Positions 58,371-64,000 of a DNA stretch of 64,000 nt are shown here, in pieces. A program made the position numbers and the translations under genes. The notes below the pieces were generated by a model. The model saw only the letters and a program-made list of their open reading frames with translations. It made no database searches and was not told the origin of the DNA. The stretch is from Candidatus Acidiferrales bacterium (GTDB lineage Bacteria > Acidobacteriota > Terriglobia > Acidiferrales > UBA7541), in contig DATNLN010000042.1 in NCBI GenBank assembly GCA_035602855.1, forward strand, positions 14,645-78,644, in the 5' to 3' direction. How positions within the stretch are numbered: the first letter of the stretch is position 1; every line of letters begins with the position of its first letter.

Positions 58371-61300
58371 TCACGCGGAATGCAGCGGCGAATCTGCATT
58401 TTCTTTCGCGTCGCCTGCCGGCTGTGACGGCCGGATCGAAATTAACTGCTCATGCGCGGGGCACAACGGTTTGTAGTCGCAGAATCCGCAGCCAAACCCG
58501 GGCTGCGCGGAAAAATCGCGCGCGCGAATCCGGTCCGCCACTTCCGCGATTTTTTCCCTGGTCTCTTTTAATGCTTTGGCGTCGCGTGTTGCGGCCACAC
58601 CTTCGTTGGTCATCAAGTTGTAGAACACCAGGCGCACTGGATCCAAGTCCAGCACCTGTTCGGCGGCCAGCGCGTACACGCCGAGCTGCAGATCTTTTGC
58701 GGCGGCTTTTACGTCCTTCGGCCGGCCTGTCTTGTAATCAATAATTTCGACCTGATTGCCTTCGATGCGGTTCACCTGATCCATTCGCCCGGTGACGATC
58801 ACGTCGTGCTCCAGCGGCAGCTCGAAAGTTTTCTCCTGATGCAGCACATCGGACGGCGCGCCGCAGTAACTGCCGTGAAACGCTTCGAGCTGTTCGCGCC
58901 CGGCCTTGCGATATTCCGCTTCGTGATATTCGTCAATGAATCCCGCGGCCGACCACTCGCGCTCGTAAATCGCGTGCACTTCTTCCAGCAGAACTTTCCT
59001 GCGCTTGCCGTGCTCCGCGACAAATTCCTTGATCGTGCGATGCATCACGTTTCCAAACGTGGCCATGGCATGCGCGCCGCCGCGAATCCCCCACACGTAC
59101 TGGAACATATAGCGCATCGGGCAGCGGTCGTAGGCGTCAATCGCCGAAGCGCTCAATTGCAGCGGCTCAGGACGAGGTGGATGGAATGTTTTGGCCCACA
59201 GCGCCACGCGCGAATACGCCTTGGACGGCTCGCTGCCGGGCGGAAATAATTGCACCGGATCGCTCGAATTGGCTTCGGGACCGGCAGTTTCCACGACAGG
59301 GGGTAGCAGCACCTTCGGCGTGAGCTGATGCGTGTCCAGCGTTTTGATTTTCGCATTCGCCAGGAAGTCGTCCAGAAATGGCGAAGGCTTCTTGCGCTTG
59401 TTCACCAGCGTTGAAAGCGTCAGTTGCCGCTCCGCGCGTGTGAGCGCCACATAAAATAGCCGCCGCTCTTCCTGCATCTGAAAATCAAACTTAGGCTGCT
59501 CTTCTTTCATCAGCTCCGGCGGAAATTCGAAGACCACTTTGCGCACGCCGGAAGGGAAGTCGTTCTTGGAAACGCGCAGAATGAAAACGTGCGGGAATTC
59601 CAGCCCCTTGGCGGAATGCACCGTCATTAACTGGACGGCGTCGTCGGCGATTTCTTCTTCCAAACAAATGTCGCCGCCCGCTTCGTAAAAATACCCCAGG
59701 TATTCGATGAAATGTCGCAGCTGTTTCTCTTCGCTCTTGCGTTCCCACTCTTGCACGAACGAGGCGAAGCGGTCCAGGTAATAGCGGTCCTGGTCCGAAG
59801 GCAGCGGCGCCAGCGCCAGTCCGGCAATAAGTTCGTCTAGCACTTCGGTGGCGGTGGAACGCTTCGCGCTTTGGCGCAGCAGATCCAGCAACTGCAGCAG
59901 TTCGCCAAGCCGGCCGCGCGTAATGAATGGCGCTTTGTTCTGCGCGGCTTCCAGTTCGTCGCCGAGAGTGCGTCGCTGATTTTTTTCAGCGCGCTCCGCC
60001 AGGCGCACCAGATCGCGCGGCTCCAGGCCCCAGTACGGCGCGGCCAGGACACGCGCGCAGGCCACGTTGTCTCCGGGCACCACGATCAAGCGCAGCCATG
60101 CGAGCAAATCACGCACCAGCGTGCTGGACAAAATCGAAAGCTTACGAATCACAAACGGGATCTCCCGCCTGCGCAATTCATTCACCAACTTTTCCCGGTG
60201 CGTGTGCCTGCGATACAGCACCGCGAAGTGGCGCCAGGGCGCGCCCGCTGCGTGCAGCCGCTCGATTTCGGAAGAGACCCAGTACGCCTCCTCTTCGGGC
60301 ACGCCAAATTCCGCGATGCGAATTTTTTCGCCTTGGCGATTTTCGGTGGTCAGCGCTTTAGCTGGCAGCAGCGGCGACTTTTCGTTGTGCCGGATCACTT
60401 CGCCGGCCACGCGCAAGATGCGCTGCGTCGAACGGTAATTCTGCGAAAGCGAAACCAGGAATTGTTTCGTCGCGGGGCCCAGCTTCGCGTCGCTGACGCC
60501 GCAGAAGCGCTTCAGGAAAATCGTGAAGCTGCCGAACGACGCCCCGCGGAAGCGGTAGATCGCTTGGTCGTCGTCACCCACCGCGACGATGTTGCGCTGT
60601 TCGCCCGCCAGCAGCCACAACAGCTCAAGCTGCGCGATATTGGTATCCTGAAATTCGTCCACCAGAATGTAGCGGTATTGTTCGTGCATCTGTTGCAGCA
60701 GCGCCGAGTCGCTGCGCAACATCTGCACCGCATGCATCAGCTGTTCGCCGAACGTCAGCAAATTGCGTTCGCGCAGCAGCCGCTCGCTCACGCGGTAGAC
60801 GCGCGCCAGTTCCTCCTGCCGCGCCACTTCATCCTCCGCGATTTGCAGCGCGTCAGACTGTGGTGATTTCTTGCCAGCTTCGTATTTCTTCCGCAGTCCT
60901 GCGACGAACCGCTCGTAATCTTCCGGCGTCACCAGCTCGTCCTGGCAGCGCGAAAAGAATTTCACGAAATCGCTGATGAATTCACCGGGATCCTGCAGCC
61001 TCCGGAAATGTTTCAGATCGAGTTCGCCGATGTGCCGCCGCAGCAAAATCTTGTGATCGATTTCATCCAGCGCTTGTGAATCCGGATTCGTCGCCTGCAG
61101 AATCTTTTCCAGGCAAAATTTGTGGAACGTGCTCAGCCACACGCCCTCGGCCCGTTCGCCGATCGCTTTCAGCACCCGCCGCTTCATCCCGCCGGCAGCC
61201 TTGTCGGTGAACGTAAGTCCCAAAATGCTCTCGCCCGCCAATTCCGGATTCGTCTCCAGCAAATTGCGAATTCGCTCGACGATCACGCGCGTCTTGCCCG

Positions 61301-61406
61301 TGCCTGCTCCGGCAACGACCAACAGCGGCCCATCGCCGTGCTCGACCGCCGCGCGCTGGTCGGGATTGAGGCCGGCGTTCCGTTCCGAATTTTCGTGGGA
61401 CTTCAT
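58371..61406 (-). CDS. UvrD/PcrA-type superfamily 1 helicase fused to a C-terminal PD-(D/E)XK nuclease with Cas4/AddB-like Cys cluster
   Basis: Walker A AGAGTGKT, DExx LVDEFQDTN. Nuclease IIDYKTGRP. Cys pattern C(PMRY)...CGFCDYKPLC. Start ATG 61406 or 61430; the track extends to 61487. Confidence 0.85.
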   Translation of the reverse strand: MKSHENSERNAGLNPDQRAAVEHGDGPLLVVAGAGTGKTRVIVERIRNLLETNPELAGESILGLTFTDKAAGGMKRRVLKAIGERAEGVWLSTFHKFCLEKILQATNPDSQALDEIDHKILLRRHIGELDLKHFRRLQDPGEFISDFVKFFSRCQDELVTPEDYERFVAGLRKKYEAGKKSPQSDALQIAEDEVARQEELARVYRVSERLLRERNLLTFGEQLMHAVQMLRSDSALLQQMHEQYRYILVDEFQDTNIAQLELLWLLAGEQRNIVAVGDDDQAIYRFRGASFGSFTIFLKRFCGVSDAKLGPATKQFLVSLSQNYRSTQRILRVAGEVIRHNEKSPLLPAKALTTENRQGEKIRIAEFGVPEEEAYWVSSEIERLHAAGAPWRHFAVLYRRHTHREKLVNELRRREIPFVIRKLSILSSTLVRDLLAWLRLIVVPGDNVACARVLAAPYWGLEPRDLVRLAERAEKNQRRTLGDELEAAQNKAPFITRGRLGELLQLLDLLRQSAKRSTATEVLDELIAGLALAPLPSDQDRYYLDRFASFVQEWERKSEEKQLRHFIEYLGYFYEAGGDICLEEEIADDAVQLMTVHSAKGLEFPHVFILRVSKNDFPSGVRKVVFEFPPELMKEEQPKFDFQMQEERRLFYVALTRAERQLTLSTLVNKRKKPSPFLDDFLANAKIKTLDTHQLTPKVLLPPVVETAGPEANSSDPVQLFPPGSEPSKAYSRVALWAKTFHPPRPEPLQLSASAIDAYDRCPMRYMFQYVWGIRGGAHAMATFGNVMHRTIKEFVAEHGKRRKVLLEEVHAIYEREWSAAGFIDEYHEAEYRKAGREQLEAFHGSYCGAPSDVLHQEKTFELPLEHDVIVTGRMDQVNRIEGNQVEIIDYKTGRPKDVKAAAKDLQLGVYALAAEQVLDLDPVRLVFYNLMTNEGVAATRDAKALKETREKIAEVADRIRARDFSAQPGFGCGFCDYKPLCPAHEQLISIRPSQPAGDAKENADSPLHSA

Positions 61407-61621
61407 GACGTGCAATTTTCGCACGACCATCTTAACAGAGTTTGCCGCAGGCGAACAGAAGGCGAAGACTTGCCGCGACTCCGGCATTGGCGCTCGTCTT
61501 TGCCAATCGCTGCGACTTGGGTTTGGATTTTTTGATATTTTGCCTCAAGAGCGGGCGGCTGGCAGCCGCAGAGCAGTACGAATTCAGCCTTAGCTCCGAG
61601 ACTGCGCAAAGGGGAGGACAA

Positions 61622-62020
61622 GTGGCCGACACGAAAATTCAGCCGTCTCTAATGTTTCAAGGCAAAGCCGAGGAGGCCATGAACTTCTACGTTTCATTGT
61701 TCCCTGGCGCCGAGGTGCTCGGAATCATCCGCCACGGCCCCGATGGCCCCGGCGCGGAAAGGTCGGTGATGAAAGCGAGCTTCCGCATCGGAACCCAGAC
61801 CATCCTTTGCACCGACAGCACCGTAAAGCACGATTTTTCGTTCACTGCGGCATTCTCGTTCTTCGTCGAGTGCGATTCCGAAGCCGAAATTCGCCGCCTC
61901 CATGATGCGCTCGCGGCAGGAGGCACGGCGGCGATGCCCATCGCCTCATACGGTTTCAGCCGAATGTTCGCCTGGGTGAACGACCGCTACGGCGTTTCCT
62001 GGCAGCTGAACCTGCCCTAG
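61622..62020 (+). CDS. VOC family protein, PhnB-like
   Basis: LMFQGKAEEAMNFYVSLFPGAEV...RYGVSWQL pattern. GTG 61622 preceded by GGGGAGG. The track start is 61442. Confidence 0.7.
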   Translation: MADTKIQPSLMFQGKAEEAMNFYVSLFPGAEVLGIIRHGPDGPGAERSVMKASFRIGTQTILCTDSTVKHDFSFTAAFSFFVECDSEAEIRRLHDALAAGGTAAMPIASYGFSRMFAWVNDRYGVSWQLNLP

Positions 62021-62066
62021 TGGGTCCGTAGCGCGATGCCAGGAGCAGGGGCGGCGGGCTGCAAAA

Positions 62067-62095
62067 TTGACCGCGTCCGGCGCGGCGCTTATAAT
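62067..62095 (+). promoter_or_regulatory. near-consensus sigma70 promoter (TTGACC-17-TATAAT)
   Basis: Read directly. About 40 nt upstream of the thiolase ATG, whose RBS is GAAGGAG. Confidence 0.55.
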
Positions 62096-62133
62096 CGTGT
62101 TTCCGACCGACGAAGCCTGAAGGAGCATTCACC

Positions 62134-63318
62134 ATGGAACGAGCCGTCATCTTAAGCGCTGTGCGCACGCCCATCGGAAAATTCATGGGTGGACTGTCGC
62201 CGCTCACAGCAACGGAGCTTGGTTCGAAAGTCGTCGCCGAAGTTGTGCGCCGCGCTGGCATCGATCCCGATCAAGTGGATGAAGCAATCCTGGGCAACGT
62301 CGTGCAAGCCGGCCTCGGCCAGAATCCCGCGCGTCAGGCGGCATTGCGCGGCGGCCTCGACCCGCGCGTCGCCGCCATGACCATCAACAAAGTTTGCGGC
62401 TCCGGATTGAAAGCCATCGCGCTCGCGGCGCAAGCGGTGCAGCTCGGCGAATCGGAAGTTGTCGTCGCCGGCGGCATGGAGTCCATGTCCAATTGTCCCT
62501 ACCTGCTGAAAGGCGCGCGCACGGGCTTCCGCTTGGGCAATCAGGAAATGATCGATTCCATGATCAACGACGGCCTGTGGGACGCATACGAGAATTTTCA
62601 CATGGGTGTCACCGGCGAGCTGGTCGCCGAAAAATATAAAATCTCGCGCCAGGAACAGGACCAGTTCGCGCTGGAAAGTCATCAGAAAGCAACTCGCGCC
62701 ATGAAATCCTGCTTCTTCGGTGCGCAAATCGTGCCGGTGGAAATCCCACAGAAGAAGGGCGATCCCATCGTCATCAAGACCGACGAATCGCCGCGCGAAG
62801 ATACTTCGCTGGAAATTCTGGCGAAACTAAAGCCCGCATTCAAGAAAGACGGCACGGTGACCGCAGGGAACGCCCCTGGAACGAACGACGGCGCTGCGGC
62901 CGTGATCGTCACCAGCGAAAAAAACGCCGCGCGTTTTGGCAAGCAGCCTATCGCGCGCATCGTCGCGCAAGCCGTCAGCGGCGTCGAACCCAAGTGGGTG
63001 ATGATGGCTCCCGTGGAGGCTGTAGAAAAGCTGCTCCGGAAAACCGGCTGGGATCGCGACAAGGACGTGGACCTCTACGAGCTGAACGAAGCTTTCGCCG
63101 TGGCCGCGATCGCCGTAACCCGCGTGCTGAAGCTCAACCCCGAAAAAGTAAACGTAAACGGTGGCGCCGTAGCGCTCGGTCATCCCATCGGCGCGTCCGG
63201 TGCCCGCGTCCTGGTCACGCTGGTCTACGAATTGCAACGCCGCAATCTGAAGCGCGGCATAGCAGCACTCTGCCTCGGCGGCGGCAACGCCGTAGCGCTC
63301 GCCGTCGAACTCCCGTAG
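62134..63318 (+). CDS. acetyl-CoA C-acetyltransferase (thiolase II)
   Basis: [10 protein letters not shown] (Cys nucleophile), [26 protein letters not shown] motifs. Confidence 0.9.
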   Translation: MERAVILSAVRTPIGKFMGGLSPLTATELGSKVVAEVVRRAGIDPDQVDEAILGNVVQAGLGQNPARQAALRGGLDPRVAAMTINKVCGSGLKAIALAAQAVQLGESEVVVAGGMESMSNCPYLLKGARTGFRLGNQEMIDSMINDGLWDAYENFHMGVTGELVAEKYKISRQEQDQFALESHQKATRAMKSCFFGAQIVPVEIPQKKGDPIVIKTDESPREDTSLEILAKLKPAFKKDGTVTAGNAPGTNDGAAAVIVTSEKNAARFGKQPIARIVAQAVSGVEPKWVMMAPVEAVEKLLRKTGWDRDKDVDLYELNEAFAVAAIAVTRVLKLNPEKVNVNGGAVALGHPIGASGARVLVTLVYELQRRNLKRGIAALCLGGGNAVALAVELP

Positions 63319-63486
63319 CTGGAATTGCGGAACAAAAAAATCCTGACACTTCCATTCGCCTAGCCGGATAGGTGTCGCTGCTTCACCTTCTCTTCGATCT
63401 GCTTTGCAACCTAAGCGCGGAACCTTGAAAGCGATTCGCCCGACAAAGTCTTTGAATCGCGCCCCCGGCCCACCGTCAAATGGGGC

Positions 63487-63780
63487 ATGGACGGCAATGG
63501 GGTGGGTGCCACCCAGTCCAACACGTATTTCTATATTTCGGTTGATCCGGGCGAACATCATTTCTGCTCGGAATGGCAAACGGCTGTTATCGTCACCGCC
63601 GGCCATCAGGTCTCGGCGGCCCACTTCACCGCCGAAGCCGGCCAGGTGTATTACTTCCGCGTCCAGGATTTCTTTTGGCGCGACTCCGGTGCCGCTAACA
63701 TCACATTGGGCCCGGTCGATAGCGACGAAGCCCAGCTCCTCATGACCAAATTTGGATTCAGCACCTCGCACCCAAAATAG
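63487..63780 (+). CDS. DUF2846-like fragment (no signal peptide; possibly truncated)
   Basis: GVGATQSNTYFYISVDPGEHHF resembles the DUF2846 core. An in-frame stop at 63412-63414 leaves no room for the usual lipoprotein N-terminus. Confidence 0.3.
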   Translation: MDGNGVGATQSNTYFYISVDPGEHHFCSEWQTAVIVTAGHQVSAAHFTAEAGQVYYFRVQDFFWRDSGAANITLGPVDSDEAQLLMTKFGFSTSHPK

Positions 63781-63843
63781 TGTCGCTTCACGCGTGTGGT
63801 GCGATACGATCTCTGCCGAACCGATCGAAGCGCACGGACACCC

Positions 63844-64000
63844 ATGTTCTGCCCTGATTGCGAAGCCGAATATCGGCCCGGTTTCACACGATGCTCCGAT
63901 TGCGAGGTCGCGCTCGTTGAGCGTCTGGAAGAACGAGACATTCATAACCACGACCCTGAACTTTCAGGCACGCCCGAACTATTGTGGACTGGAACGGACG
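63844..64000 (+). CDS. zinc-ribbon protein, 3' partial (runs off window)
   Basis: Hand translation MFCPDCEAEYRPGFTRCSDCEVALVERLEE..., with CxxC...CxxC. The frame stays open to the window end. Confidence 0.4.
   Translation, partial: MFCPDCEAEYRPGFTRCSDCEVALVERLEERDIHNHDPELSGTPELLWTGTD

Noticed and set aside
63404-63745. 113-aa plus-strand ORF overlapping the DUF2846-like frame.
   Set aside because: The product is a Pro/Ser/Arg-rich low-complexity string. The alternative frame (63487-63780) has a recognisable domain core.
1-64000. CRISPR arrays, IS elements, transposases, integrases or prophage genes.
   Set aside because: None was detected by reading the ORF translations and intergenic regions. 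The only repeats seen are short palindromes, the paired extended -10 motif and low-complexity P/Q/G coding repeats.

Overview
High-GC bacterial chromosomal segment. Gene content points to Acidobacteriota/Terriglobia: three paralogous VWFA-related acidobacterial-type proteins, a DUF5818-like protein, a long Gly-rich TonB and MacB-type permeases. This placement is inference, not a database hit. Most of the window is densely packed housekeeping DNA. It holds tandem GAF-PP2C phosphatases, an ABC-2 exporter, a MacA/TPR/MacB-permease/TolC cluster, hopanoid side-chain genes (hpnJ/hpnI-like), and an ilvD-ilvC-ilvB-ilvN-tyrA operon divergent from a chorismate mutase-pheA-DAHP synthase operon. It also holds tRNA-Gln(CUG), an LdtD/MepK-like cell-wall pair, ileS-lspA-lgt-rluD, a UvrD-type helicase-nuclease and a thiolase. 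Many long antisense ORFs in the track are GC-driven shadow ORFs. Two loci stand out. (1) 35.9-40.6 kb: an ECF sigma factor, a zf-HC2 anti-sigma factor, an unrecognisable 275-aa protein, and a large TPR-CHAT caspase-like protease with an intact His/Cys dyad. This parts list resembles the RpoE/Csx30/Csx31/TPR-CHAT accessory module of type III-E CRISPR systems, but no cas gene or CRISPR array is present. A codon-bias frame switch at the junction of the last two ORFs suggests a frameshift or a fused gene. (2) 21.06-21.38 kb: near-consensus promoters, a 34-codon leader ORF with 7 Phe/Tyr in 13 residues, and a strong intrinsic terminator 40 nt upstream of the aromatic amino-acid operon. This is a candidate ribosome-mediated attenuator. 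Smaller observations include two unannotated micro-ORFs, a repeated extended -10 motif placed for leaderless transcripts, and several palindromes and terminators. No CRISPR array, IS element or prophage was seen.
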